Source: Geosiphon pyriformis uo1
Taxonomy: Eukaryota > Fungi > Glomeromycota
DNA length: 64,000 nt
Assembly (NCBI GenBank): GCA_016748015.1
Contig: JAAOMT010000602.1
Coordinates: 323,696 to 387,695, forward strand
Reading direction: 5' to 3'
A program made the position numbers and the translations under genes. The notes beneath the pieces were generated by a model. It was not told the DNA's origin, ran no database searches, and was given only the letters and a program-made list of their open reading frames with translations. Positions 41,591 through 55,500 of this stretch are shown one piece after another. Positions within the stretch are counted from its first letter, which is position 1; the number at the start of each line of letters is the position of its first letter.

Positions 41591-41606
41591 TGGTGCTCCC
41601 TGTGAG
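41591..41606 (+). promoter_or_regulatory. Gypsy-A primer binding site TGGTGCTCCCTGTGAG
   Basis: Starts with TGG 2 nt after the LTR; nearly identical to the Gypsy-B PBS; primer tRNA not identified (3' end ...GGGAGCACCA). Confidence 0.85.
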
Positions 41607-44600
41607 GTATAATTTTACAAAAAACCAGCACCATCACCACCCATCTAAAAGTGGCAGAACCAGAAAACATAGGAGCTAACCATTTAGAATTTGCAAAATC
41701 TTTATTTCAACACTACTGTCAACATTTGGGATTAATCTTGAATCACATATTAGCAGAATTAGCCTTCAACTTTTACATCAATAAAAGAATTGTCTACTTA
41801 TTAGGAACAGCAACAAATACTGAATCAGCAAGAGAAATTTTTTACAACAAATTAATCCAAAACAGCAGCTTATCAACAAACTATAATTTTGCATCTATCA
41901 TCACTGAAATTAATAAAGAAATTGAACATTACACACAACAGAGATATCCAATCATTTATGCAAGTAAAGGCAAAAAAAAATTACAAACACTAGCAGTAAC
42001 ACCCAAAAGAATATAACCACCCACTTGGAAGAAACACAGAGTTGAATTACCCACCAATCTATCATATTATTATACTTCTGGAAGTGTTATCAATATCACA
42101 TCAATAGGTGCATCCACATCAAACGTGACATCAACATTTGGACAATTCCTATTTCAAAGTAAACAAAGAAAAGAAGACTTATTAGGACCATACAGTGCAT
42201 ATTTTGAAGGATTTAAATTATGATCATCAACATCATTAGGATTTCGATTATCATTACCTCAACTAGATTTCGGAACCACAAGTTTTTGGAAAGTTACAGA
42301 ATCGGAAGAAGAACAAGAAGAAGAGAAAAAAGAATCTGAGGATCAGGAATTTACTTACCAAAACCCAATTCCAAGAAACCCAGAATTTGAAATCCTGAAC
42401 ATTTAAACTTCAAAACATCTAAATCTAGAAAATCCGGAAATTAAAACTCCAAATATTCAGACACTGCCAACTCAGGATAATCGAAACCCCAATCTAACTA
42501 ACCAAATAAACTTACCTCCAGTAATCATCATTGATCAACCATCAATTAATTCAATAGCTGAACCCATATAACAACCACTTCAACAGCCATCACAACAACC
42601 CAATTTAGACCCAATGGCCTACACACCAATTGCAAAACTCAACAATTTTACTGGTGAAGAAGATGACACTCAAGTATGGCTGAACGACGTGGAAAAAGCC
42701 ATCGCAATTAATGGATGGAATGATGCCCGAGCAATGCAAGCCATTCTTTACTTTTTCAAGAATACTGCCAATTCATGGTATTAAAGCTTGATTAATAAAC
42801 CACAAGACTTCAATGTTTTCAAAGTGGAATTCTTAAGATACTTCAGCAACAATAACAGTATCAATTGCCTAGTTAATATATTCACCACTATGAAGTAAGA
42901 AGAAACTGAAGCAGTTACTACTTACCTAGGATGCTTCCATAAAAACCTGCACCAAATCTAAACAATTAACGCCAACTATTTCACAGTGCCACAGATTCTC
43001 AACCAGTTTATCTGTGGCCTATGCAGCAGTATCTTGCAACATATACGTCTATTGTATCCAGGTACTCTTCAAGACACAGTCACATGTGCCAGAGATTTTG
43101 AATCAGCTGAGTCAGAGGCCAACCATGTCCAAGCCATTAATCTAGTAATGAACAAATCATCTGAATTGAATTTCAAATTGGAAAAATTCAGAGAAACAAT
43201 TAATCAAAAGATAGAGGAATACTTAGTTAACAACAATCAGGTCATTTATCAATCATCACAATGATGTGATAATCAAGGAAACTATAATTGTTCACAGAAT
43301 CAACCACATTTATCTTCATTGACTAATCAACAATGGCAACAGGAAACATATATCTGCCACTATTGTGGTAAATAAGAACATATCCAAATCAACTGCAGCT
43401 AGTGTTTAAATAACCAACAATTGGAAAATCTATATGGAAACTCTGATCACTGATTTCCAACTTCGAATCATCAATTAAACTCAGCACAATATCAACTCAC
43501 TTACTTGCCAATGACACAGCAATTAATTTATCAGCCATCAGTATATCAAACTCCAATTTATTAACTGCAGCCTCAACCAATTTACCAGCTGTAGTCATCA
43601 GTAATATATCAACTGCAGTCACAAATAATCTATTAACCTCAACAAATTCAAATGCTGTCCCAAAACTCAGCTCAAATGACATCAAGAAATCCCAGACCCA
43701 GAATTACCCAAAACTAGAAATCAGTGATGGTTATTCACCAACCAATCCCCAACTCCTCTTACCAACTCACTGAATCACACTCTCGGAATTCAAATACCAG
43801 TTCCAACCAAAACCCAAATTCCCAACACTATTTAAGTCTTCTGGTTATCCCAAAAAACACCACTACTAATAACCCAGAACCCAATCAACAAACAACACTT
43901 ATCAACAATATCCCACCAGTAACCATTACCAATGACAAATTGTTAGCCACCATCTTTTCTTTTGAACTCAAGGAAACCACAACAGTACCACTATTCAGTG
44001 GAGCCGCTTTAAAGAAAAAATCCATCATGGCTATGTACACTGATGTAAAAGTTGATAAACACTCCATCAAGCTGATCTTAGATAGTAGATCAGCTGGCAG
44101 CATTATTACAAAACAACTCATGGACCAATTAGGTCACCGAGTTGATTGTACTGCCAGTGCCAGAATTATTACAGCTAATGGAGCGACCAAAACACCCATT
44201 GGAGAAATTGATAATCTACTCATAGAAGTCAATGGCATTATTATACCAATTAAGGTACTGGTAATGAAAGCTACCCAGTACTAGGCCCTTGTTGGCAATA
44301 ACTGGCTGTCCAAAGCCAGCACCATTATAGACTGGAACACTCAAAAAGTCCAACTCAGTCAACATAACCAACATACAAGGGCACCAGCCATCTGTGGTCA
44401 CTTCAAATCAAATTACCACACTACACCCTTGATCGAACTGGAAGAAGAAAAACCAAAACCTACCTGGAAGGCATACCAAGTGTCATGGGCTAACAATGAC
44501 CACAATGAACTGCTGCCAATACTTGCCTGGGATGACAATGACAATAGAAAAGAGAAACAAAAAAAAGAACATACCTGGGGAACTACCATCAACATTTGGA

Positions 44601-45643
44601 CTGACAACAACTAAAGCGAGATGCCACCAATTCTAGACTGAGAAGAAAAAAACAAAGGAAAAAGGAAAGAAAGAGAAGAAGATATACTGGAAGAAACCAC
44701 CACCACAGAAAAAATAACTAGTGGCTGGAAAAGAAAATACTCATGTGAACCAATGAAGAAGCCATCATATATATCTCTCAAATGCAAAGACTGTGGAAAG
44801 AAACTTTCCTCCATGGAAGCTTGGATCGCTCTTGACAAAGACTATTGGACAAAAACCTACTATTACTATAAACCATGCTATAGAGAATGATATGACTACC
44901 CAAAAAGACAAAGCAAGTAGGACAATGAACCATGTCTTACTTGTGACAAACAATTACTTAACGAAGGAATGTGGAATGATATTTCTAGTCAAGGAGGAAC
45001 ATGTGATACTTCATGTTAGTATACAATCCTCATCAGCAATTGGGTGAGTTATGGCATACCAATAACAGCTGTCTGGCACTGAGCAATCTCTTGCTTAAAC
45101 AGCTACCTGTACAACAAGGATGAGATCTGGTGGATGGCAAATGCCAAAGTCAAAGGAGCCATGCCCAGTGAGATCCTGGAAATTAAAAACAACCCATCTA
45201 AACAGGTTGACATTATCCTTGTCCCAAATCCAGATGCTTTTCTCGACATAGAAACCAACCTTGAAGACTTCCATGAACACTACCAAAATTTAGCACCTAT
45301 TAGAGAAGAACAAGAGCAACATTTGGCTCAAATAAACACTAAACTATGTGATTACTGTTTGATCCCATGTGACTTCTAATATTGTAATGAGTGTGACCTC
45401 ATTTACAATTTGCCAATCCGAATGATCTACATGATCCCAGAAGAAGAAGAACCAATTAGCAGCTGCACATCAGAATTAAAATCAACTTTCAATTCCAATT
45501 CAAACTCTGACAATAATAATAATGAAAACACCAGTTCCAATTTCATTCAATATGACAACAACAATAACAACAATTTAAACTCAGATTCAAACTCTAATTT
45601 GAACTATGAACAATATATCGCACTTTCTGACCTCACTAAGGAG

Positions 45644-46078
45644 CAGGAACTGAAATGGTTCAGTGATAATAATGAAGATATCATGCCAGAATGTGCACAT
45701 GATACTAATGCCAGGTTTGATTTAAGATATCCAGAAAAAAATACCATCAAATTGAAACCACATTTGCACACCAGTGTTGATTTCAAAATAGCACTGGAAA
45801 TTTTAACAACAACAATGGTTCAACTAGCATTTAGGAGTAGTTTAGCAAAAAAGGGAATAAACATCAGAAGAGGAATAATTGATGTGAGATACATAGAAAA
45901 TATTATCACAATGCTACAAAATAATTCAGAAAAGACCTATATTATAAAGTCAAATGAAAAGATAGCACAGACAATATTTTTGCCTCTGGTGAAAATAGCT
46001 CAATTAGTATCAGTAGAAAAAAGGGAAGAACTAGGAATAACAGCAAGAGGAATACAGGGATTTGGATCAATGGGTAGA
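45644..46078 (+). CDS. dut: dUTPase domain within Gypsy-A ORF1 (mutated)
   Basis: Five trimeric dUTPase motifs in order: (N)ARFDL, RSSLA, RGIIDVRY, EKIAQ, RGIQGFGSMG. Confidence 0.9.
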
Positions 46079-47208
46079 ATAAATGTACCAATCAATATGG
46101 CAGAAAAAGAAATTGTTGGCCAAGGAGAAATTATCTCAACCAGTCAAGCAATTTTCATTCCATTATATGATCAATACATGGTAACAATAGAGAGAAAAGT
46201 GAAGAATCAGAATCAGATTTTTGAAGCAAAAACAAGCCTTTGTGAATCAGGAGAGATTGGACTCATCAATCTCCACATACCAGCCAAAAGCCACAACCAT
46301 ATCAAAATTCCCATTTACAACACAACAGAAGATGCTATTACAATACCAGAGGGAATCATCATTGGATACTTGAGCACTGGATTAGAAAATCAACCACCAA
46401 GCATTATTCCAGATTTTTCACAGCTATGTAGATATGTAGATATCACATCACAAACAATCTGTGGATGAAATGAATGTTATTTGTTTCAACCAGAACAATT
46501 GAAACAAATAAACATGAGAAATTTGGATCCACTCCAACATATGCAACTCAAGATATTATTCAACAACTTCAATGATATCTTTGCTAGCAAAAATGAATTT
46601 GGTAGAACTGACATCATTGAACATTGGATCAAGACTAAAGATGCTATGCCAATCAAACAATGAGCATACAGAGTACTACCAGCCAGCCATAAGATCATCT
46701 GCCAAAAGATCAACTGAATATTTGACAATGGGCTAATTCAGCCATCTATGAGCCCATGGTCATTACTAGTAGTACTCATCCAAAAGAAGAATGGGAAGAT
46801 CAGATTTTGTGTGGACTACAGAAAACTCAATGAAGTTACTTGTGGAGACAGCTATCCAACTCTGTAAATCCAGGAGCTATTTGATACTTTTGGAGGAAAT
46901 AAATGGTTCTTAATACTAAATCTAAACAGCAAATATTGACAAGTAGTCATGGATCCAGCAGACAAAAAAAAAATGACTTTTATGACAAGAGAAGAGAATT
47001 TTGAGTTTGAAGTCATGCCATTTGGCTTGATGAATGCTCCAGCCACATTTCAACGGTAAATGGAAATAGTATATACTGGCTTATTGTGGAAATCAGTAGT
47101 CATTTATTTAGATGACACCAATGTGTTCTCCAAAACATTTAATAATTATATGCATCATCTACAACAAGTGTTTAAAAGGCTATGATGAGCAAAGCTAAAG
47201 TTAAATAC

Positions 47209-48087
47209 TGTTACAGATGACAATTTCTGTTGTTAGATTAAATAACAAATCCATAACTTGGTGCTCAAATCTAGTTGCAGTTGATAGTGATCTGAAAATT
47301 TGTGCCTGAAAGGTTTGTATCTGAAAGGTTTGATTGAGTTTTTTGTATAATGGACAGAGATTCAATGGTGATAGTTTTATCTATAGCTTTTCGAAACCAC
47401 AGTTTTGTCAATTTCTTTCTCAGCTTGGTGACCAGTATTCCTCCTGGTAAGCTATCTTCAATTGAGTGTTCTACTCTTATTTCTGGGTCTTTTACCAGTC
47501 ACGTTTATTCTGATGTTAGTGCCTTGCACGTTAATTCTTAATAGAGTTAGTAAACAACAATAAAATCAAAGCAAGACAATAAAGAAAAGAAAAAAAATTA
47601 AAGAAAGAAAAAAAATAAGCCAAGGTGAGTTGCAAGTTAGTATTTCATCAATAGCCGTAATTAAGAGCTATTGTTCCAGTATGATCAAGTGTTGATTACT
47701 ATCAACATAAAGTGTTGATAGTGGAAATGGATTTGAGATAACAAATAGTTATTTATTAAATGATTGTGATTTGGAGAGTTGCTTAGATTAAATCTAAACT
47801 AAGAGATCTGTCTTTTCAGCTTCTAATCCTATTGCTATATATACATAATTGAGATTCCTCAATTTCTCAATTCTCCACAACAGGAATCCTGAAATTCCTG
47901 GAATTCTGCAATTTCTTTGAGAGGAATTCTGGAATTCTGAAATCCTGCAATTTCTTGTAAAAATCCTGTAATTTCTGGAATCCTGCAATTCCTGAGAGGA
48001 ATTCTGGAATTCCACATTTTATTACATCTACTTCTGATTGGCTAATAACTATGCTAATATATATTTTCTATATTTCTATAAGTAATA
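47209..48087 (-). repeat. Gypsy-B 3' LTR (879 bp)
   Basis: Direct repeat of 56499-57369; preceded on the minus strand by PPT AAAAGGAGGGAATAA (48088-48102). Confidence 0.93.
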
Positions 48088-48100
48088 TTATTCCCTCCTT

Positions 48101-48751
48101 TTAATATTGAGCTCCATTAAAATCTAACTTTGTTAATTCTCTTTTTTGAAGTATTTTCTGAATTTCATTTTCGAGAATTACTTGTGTTATTTGAGTCTGT
48201 AATTCTTCAAATTGAGCATTGGTGATCTTTTCTAATTGATTACTGGTAACTGTATCCATTGCTTTGTTGAGTAAGATTTCTGGTTGATCCTGAAATGCTG
48301 TGTGTATTTGGTATATGGCTTGGGCCTATGTAGATAAGTTGTTCTTTTCCACAAAATGTTCTAATTGTTGTAGTATTCTTGTGTTAAATAATCATTTTGT
48401 TTTATCCGTATATAGATTCTGGATATTTACATGTTGTCCCAAATAAAAATAACAATAGTTTCTTGGAAATTGTTGTATCCACCAATTCCAAGTTTCTTTA
48501 GTCAACTCTTGATATAGTAACTCTTTTGTCGACTCTTTTATTGCTAATTTTACTTTTGCAATGATTTTGTTCACAGTATTTTCAGTTTTCTTCTGTGTTC
48601 TATGTGGCGATGTCTTTCTAGTGTCTTGATATCAGATGGTTTGTTGATTAATTGTAATTTTCATCTCTTGGTGTTGAATCAATTGAAAAAGTTGTTGTGC
48701 TAGTGAGTGAATATTGTCTGTAATTTCCATTTTTCTGATATTTCTTGTCAT
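48101..48751 (-). pseudogene. Gypsy-B ORF3, unknown protein (217 codons, 3 internal stops)
   Basis: MTRNIRKMEI...LAQQLFQ...ELTKETWNWWIQQFPRNYCYFYLG...DFNGAQY*; homologous to 60523-61178. Confidence 0.75.
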
Positions 48752-48764
48752 ATTTACTATGTCT

Positions 48765-50166
48765 TTATATATTTTTTTGATGGATTAATTAACGTGTTGT
48801 TGTCAATGATGATGATTGGTTTCAAATCTTATGGAATCTTTTCTGGTTGGACTAGTATCCTTTGTACTCCTAATTGTAAAATATTACTGGTAGATGGTGG
48901 TGTGATGTTGTGGTATGATTTCAGTCGATCTCTATGTGCTGCTTTGGTTAAGATTTTGTTATCCAGTCTTAATTTGTAAGCTCCATTTCCTAGAATTTCT
49001 TCTATGTGAAATGGTTTATCCTATTTGGAATCAAATTTTCTACTTAATTGTTTTTTTGCTTAAGTATGATGTAAGAGTACTTTGTCTCCAATTCTGAATT
49101 CAACTGGTTTGTCTGGTAGTTGATTATCATGTCTTTTTTTCTGTTTCTCTTGTGACTTTTGTATATTATCAGTTGCTCTTTTTCATTTGTTTTCCAATGT
49201 TTCCATTAAGTCATATGTTCTTCTTAACAATGTTTCTTGGAAATTCTCTTCTGTTATTGATTCAATTAAATATGTGATAATCTCTATCTCAACTGATAAT
49301 ATTGCTGTTCTACCGTATATCAATTCAAATGGTGTTGCTTGTGTGGTGTCTTGTTTCATTGTCCGATAAGCCAATAATACTGATGATATGAACAAATCTC
49401 ATTTGTCTTGGTTTTTTTGGCTGAGTTTTGCTATTGCTTTACACAATGTTCTATTAAATCTTTCAACTAATCCATTGGTTTGTGGATGGTATGGTGATGA
49501 TAATGGTCTCTTAATTCCGAATTTTTGGCTTAGTTCTGCTAATGTTCTATTCACAAAATGGGTTCCTTGGTCTGATAATAGTTCTTTTGAACATTCATGT
49601 CGACAAATCAAATCTTGATGGACAAATTTGGCAACAGATTCTGCATCCACTCTTTGAGTTGCTTTTGCTTCTGGCCATTTCATAAGGTAGTCCATGGCTA
49701 CTGCAATATATTTGTTGTCTCTGTTGGTAATTGTCAATGGTCCAACTAAATCAATTCCAATGTAGTCAAATGATTGTTTCACTTTGATTGGTCTTAATGG
49801 TTCACTGAGTCTTGTTCCTCTTTTTCTTTGACAAACATTACAATTTTGCACATATTGGATGATGTCTGGATACATTGATGGCCAATAATATTTCTTTCTG
49901 GTTTTTTTTATGGTTGCTTCTTTATGAAAATGTCCTGCAGTTGGATCTGAGTGCATGTTGAACAGTATTGTCTCTTTTTCTGGTTCTGTAATTACTCTGG
50001 TTGGCTGATCTGAATCTTTTCTATTTTTTTGATAAAGTATATTTTGGTGAGTGATAAAATATTTGGATTGTTGTTTGATTTTCTTTTGTTCCAGTTGAGA
50101 TAATTTCTCCTTAAACTGTTGAATATCTATATAATGTTGAAGTTGTTGATATTTTTGTGTGTTCAT
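48765..50166 (-). pseudogene. Gypsy-B integrase ORF (own ATG)
   Basis: MNTQKYQQL start; H-H-C-C (MHSDPTAGH...CNVC), GIDLVGP, SDQGTHF, NGLVERFN; C-terminal GPF/SH3-like region; no chromodomain seen. Confidence 0.9.
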
Positions 50167-52059
50167 CTTTTGTTATATTTTCGTGAGTATTGTTTTAGTT
50201 TTGTTATATTTTTTTGGGTTGAAATGTTCTTAGATTTGTCTCATTCGCAACAAACTGTCAGTATTTCCATTGTCTTTTTCCTTTTTATAATGTATGATAT
50301 AAGTATATGGCGAAAGTGCTATTTTCTATCTTGACTGTCTTCTGTCTCCAAATTCTTGTTTTTGGAGTAATGTTAATCCTTTGTGATCTGTATACATCTC
50401 AAACTTCTGGCTCAAGTATTCTTTCTATTTCATAACTGCCCAGTAGATTGCTAGATGTTCTAATTCTGGTGTTCCATAGTTCTTTTCGGCTGGAGTCAAA
50501 CCTCAACTGACATATGTGACTGAATGTTCTCTTTTATCCAATCTTCTTTGAGATAGTACTGCTCCCAATGCTTGACCTGATGCATCAGTGGTGATAATAA
50601 ATGGTTTACTATGATCTGGATAGATCAATACTGGAGTTTGGATAAGCTTTCTTCTTAAGATGTTAAATGCTTCTTGCTGGGTTTCAGTTCATTTATACTT
50701 TGCATTTTTGGTTTGAAGATCATTGAGTGGTTGTGCTATCTTTGAAAAGTTTTTTATGAAGTGTCTATAATAGTTCGCAAATCTCAAGAATGATTTCAGC
50801 TTGGTTATATTGGTTGGTATTGGAAAGTTTTTTACTATCTCTATTTTCTCTGAATCTGTTTTTATGCCATTTTTGCTAACTATGTATTCCAAGAATTTTA
50901 GTTCTGTTTTGCTGAAAAAACACTTTGTTGCATTCAATTTTAATTTTGCTTGTTATAGTCTTTTGAACACTTGTTGGAGATGATGTAGATAATTATTGAA
51001 TGTTTTTGAGAACACATTGGTGTCATCCAAGTATACAACTACTGATTTCCACAATAAGCTGGTGTACACAATTTCTATTAGCCATTGGAATATAGCTGGA
51101 GTGTTGGTTAAGCTGAATGGCATAACTTCAAACTCAAAGTTTCCCTTTCTTGTGGTAAATACCGTTTTTTCTTTGTCGACTGGATCCATGGCTACTTGCC
51201 AGTAATTACTATCTAAGTCTAATGTTGAGAACCATTTGTTTCTACCAAAAGTGTTGAATAGTTCTTGTATCCATGAAGTTGGATAGCTGTCTTTACAAGT
51301 TACACCATTGAGTTTTCTGTAGTTCACACAAAATTGGATTTTTCTATTTTTCTTATGGATGAGTACTATTGGTAATAACCATGGGCTCATTGATGGCTGA
51401 ATTAGCCCATTGTCAAGCATTTGGTTGATCTCTTAACAGATGATTTCATGGCTGGCTGGTGGTACTCTGTATGCTTGCTGTTTGATTGGCATTGTATCTT
51501 CAGTCTTGATCTGATGCTGGATAATATCAGTTCTACCAAATTCGTTTTCACTAGTGAAGATGTCATTGAAGTTATTGAGTAACATCTTTAGTTGCATCTG
51601 TTGAAGTAAGTCTAGATTTCCCATGTTTATCTGTTCCAATTGTTCTGGCTGTAACAGATAACATTTGTTTTGTTTATAGATGGTTTGTGATGTAATGTCC
51701 ACATATTTACAAAGCTGTGGAAAATCTGGAATGCTGCTTGGTACTTGATTTTCAATTTCTTTGGTTAAATATCCGAAAGTGGTTCCTTCCAGTACCTTTA
51801 CAACATTTCCAGTGTTGTTGTAGATAGAAATTTTGATATGGTTATGGCTCTTGGCTGGTATGTGTAGATTGATAAGTCCAATTTTTCCTGATTTACAAAG
51901 AATTGCTTCTGCTTCAAAAATCTGTTCTTGCTCCTTCTTTCTCCTTTCTATTGCTAACATGTATTGGCTATATGGTGAAATGGAAATTGTTTGACTGGTT
52001 GAAATAATTTCTCCTTGGTCAATAATTTTTTTCTCCACCATATTGACTAGTACATCTAT

Positions 52060-52500
52060 TCTACCCATTGATCTAAATCCCTGTATTCCTCTTGCTGTTA
52101 TCCCTAATTCTTCCCTATTTCTTACTGACACTAATTGAGCTACTTTAACCAGAGATAGGAATATTGTCTGTGCTATCTTTTCATTTGGCTCTATAATATA
52201 AGCCTTTTCTGAGTCATTTTGTAGCATAGTAATAATATTTCCTACATATCCTGTGTCAATTATTCCTCCTCTGATGTTTATTCCTCTTTTCGCTAAACTA
52301 TTCCTAGATGCTAGTTGAACCATTGTTGTTGCTGAAATTTCTAAAGCTACTTTCAGATCAATGCAGATGTGCAAATGTGGTTCCAATTTGATGGCCTCTT
52401 TTCCAGGATATCTCAGATCAAATCCAGCATCTGTATTATGCATACGTTCTGGTATAATACTTTCATTGTTATTGCTAAACCATTTAAGTTCCTGCTTCTT
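52060..52500 (-). CDS. dut: dUTPase domain within Gypsy-B ORF1
   Basis: DAGFDL, SRNSLA, GGIIDTGYVG, EKIAQ, RGIQGFRSMG. Confidence 0.92.
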
Positions 52501-55500
52501 GGTGAGGTCAAAGAGTGTGATATATTGTTCATAGTTTAAATCGGAGTTTAAATCTGAGTTGGAATTGTTGTCATTGTTAATGCCATTTTGAACGGAGCTG
52601 GAACCAGTGTTTTTGTTATTATTTTTGTCGGAGTTTGAATTGGGATTGAAAATCAATTCTGATTCCAATATGCAGCTGCTAATTGGTTTTTCTTCTTCAG
52701 AGATTGTGTAAATCATGCATGGTGGTAGATTGTAAATAAGATCACACTCATTGTAATACTGGAAGTCACATGAGATCAAACAGTAGTCACATAGTTAGGT
52801 GTTTATTTCTTCTAAACGTTGCTTTTATTCTTCTCTAGTGGGTGTTAATCCCTAGTAGTGTTCGTAGAATTGTTCTGGATCTAGAAGATTTATGACTGGT
52901 TCTGGATCCCAGTTAAGTTCTATGGGTTCTGGGGGTTGTTTTTAATCTCTCTAATCTCTTTTAGTGATGCGCCCTTGATTTTGGTGGTCGCCATTTACCA
53001 TATTTTGTCATTGTTGTGTGGACAACTGTCCAATTACTGTACAGTTTTTCTCCAAGTGGCTTCTATTGGCATCTCTTTTCATACCCAGTCGCTGATGAGG
53101 ATTGTGTATTGACATGATACATTACACATTCCTCCATGTTCAGGAATGTTGTTCCATATTTCTTTATTGAGGAAGGTCTCCCCACAAGCTAAACATGGTT
53201 GGTTGTCCTATTTCCCTACTCATTTTAGTCTCCCAAAGTGTTCAAGGATGCATGGGTGGCAATAGAACTTAGTTGCCATTGAATATTCCTCATCATCGCC
53301 ACAGTATGCATCTATTATTAACAATTTCTTGCTGCAATCGATGCATATAAGCTTAGGTTGACAATAGATAGATCGTTGTGGTATAGTGTAGGTATTATAA
53401 ATGATGGTGGTTTGGGTGGTCTCTTCTTCTTTTTCTTTCTCTTTCCCTTTATTTTCTTTGTTTTCTTCCCATTCCCAGCTGGAAGTTGGTTCACTCTTAT
53501 CATTGTTGGTTCATGTTAGATCATTGGTTTCCCAAGTAAGTTTTTCTTTCTGTTTTTCTTTCCTGTTATCATCCCAGGTGAGTATTGGCAACAGTTCATT
53601 ATGGTCAACGTTAGTCCATGACACTTGGTACGCTTTCCAGATAAGTTTCGGCTTCTCTTCCTTGAAGTCAATTAGTGGTGCCACGGTGTTGGTCACCTTG
53701 AAGTGGCCACACATTGCTGGTACTCATGTGTGTCACCCATTCTGGCTGAGTACTAATTCTTGAGTTATCCAATTGATCACAGCATTGGTTTTGAACAGCC
53801 AGTTATTACCAATTAGGGCTTGATATTGGGTGGCATCTATTACTAGAACTTTAATGGGTACTATGATACTATTGATTTCTATAGAGAAATCATCTATCTC
53901 ATTGATAGGTGTTTTTGTGGCACCATCAGCAGTGATAATTCTAGTGCTGACAGCTCAATCAACTCGGTGATCTAATTGATCCATAAGTTGTTGTGTGATA
54001 ATGCTGCCTGCTAAACCACTGTCAAGAATGAGTTTAATAGTGTGTTTATCAACTTTTGCATCAGTGTACATGGCGGTAATTAGTTTCTCTTCAAGGGCAG
54101 CACTACTGAATAATGGTGTGTTGGATGATTCTTCGAGTTTAAATGGAAAAATTGCTGTTAACAATTTGTCATTTGTGATGGTTGTTGGAGGTATGTTGCT
54201 GGTAAGTGGCTGCTGTTGGTTGAATTCCAGTTTGTTGGTTTGGGCATCTTCTAAAGTAACCAGAAGACTTAGATAGTTCTGAAAATTTGGGTTTTGGATG
54301 GAACCAATACCCAGATTCTACTGTCGAGAGCCTAATGGTTGGTAAGAGGAGCTGAGAATCAGTTGATGAACAACTATTGCCAATCTCCAGTTTTGAGTAA
54401 TTCTAGGTCTTGGGTTTCCTGATGTCATTTGAGTGGGTTTTTGAGGTGGTGTTTGAATTGGTTGTTGGGGCTGATAAATTATTTGGGATTGCAGCTGATA
54501 GATTACTGGTAGCTGTGGTTGATAAATTGGAGGTTGATATACTGGCAGTTGATAGATTGGTTGCTGCATCATTGGCAGATAAGTGGTTTGATATTGGTCT
54601 TGATTTGGGTAGCGATTCTGAGTCTGAAATCTGTGATTGGGGTTTCAATATTGATTTTTCGATCGTGAATTGTTGCTATAAAATCTGCAGTCTGCTCTTA
54701 TGTGTCTTTGTTTACCACAGTTGTGGCAAACACGTATTTTTGGCTGCCATGGTTGATTAGGTGCTGCTGATGATGATAATGGATGCGACTGATTTTGGAA
54801 ACAATTCGTATTTCCTGGATTATTGTGTCATTGTGGTGGTTGATAAATTGTGTGATTGTTAGCTAAGTATTCCTCTAATTTTTGATTAATTGAATTACTG
54901 GATTGTTTCAATTTGGAATCCAATTCAGATGATCCATTCATCATTAGGTTCATGGCATGGGCATGATTGGCTTCTAATTTGGCAGATTCAAAATTTCTGG
55001 CATGTGTAACTGCGTCCTGGAGAGTGGTTGGATACAATGGGCATACATGTTGCAGGATGCTACTGCACAGACCACAGATAAATTGATTGAGAATTTGTGG
55101 TGCTGTGAAATAATTAACATCAATTGCTTGGATTTGTTGCAGATTTCTATAGAAGCGTTCCAGATATGTGGTAACTGCTTCAGTTTCTCCTTGTTTAATT
55201 GTAGTGAAAGTGTTGGCTAATCTGTTGATGCTGTTGTTATTGCTAAAGTATTTCAAAAATTCTAGTTTGAAGGCATTGAAATTTTGGGGTTTGTCAATTA
55301 GGCTTTGATACCATGAGTCCGCTGTATTCTTAAGAAAATAGGGTATGGCTTATATGGCTCTGGCATCATTCTATTTGTTGGCTGCGATGGCTTTTTCTAC
55401 ATCATTTAGCCAAACTTGTGCATTGTCCTTTTTGCCAGTAAATTTGTCAAGCTTCACAATTGGTGCATATGCCATTTTTGTTGTTGCTGTGGTAGAAGTT

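Noticed and set aside
41289-41612. LTR frame MDSLVKDP...VTFGAPCEV as a leader gene
   Set aside because: TAA stops are shared by both LTR copies and the 5' part is out of phase between A and B; a different frame fits better.
47350-47541. Repeated 63-64-aa ORF (also 56640-56834)
   Set aside because: Antisense frame duplicated only because it lies in the two Gypsy-B LTRs.
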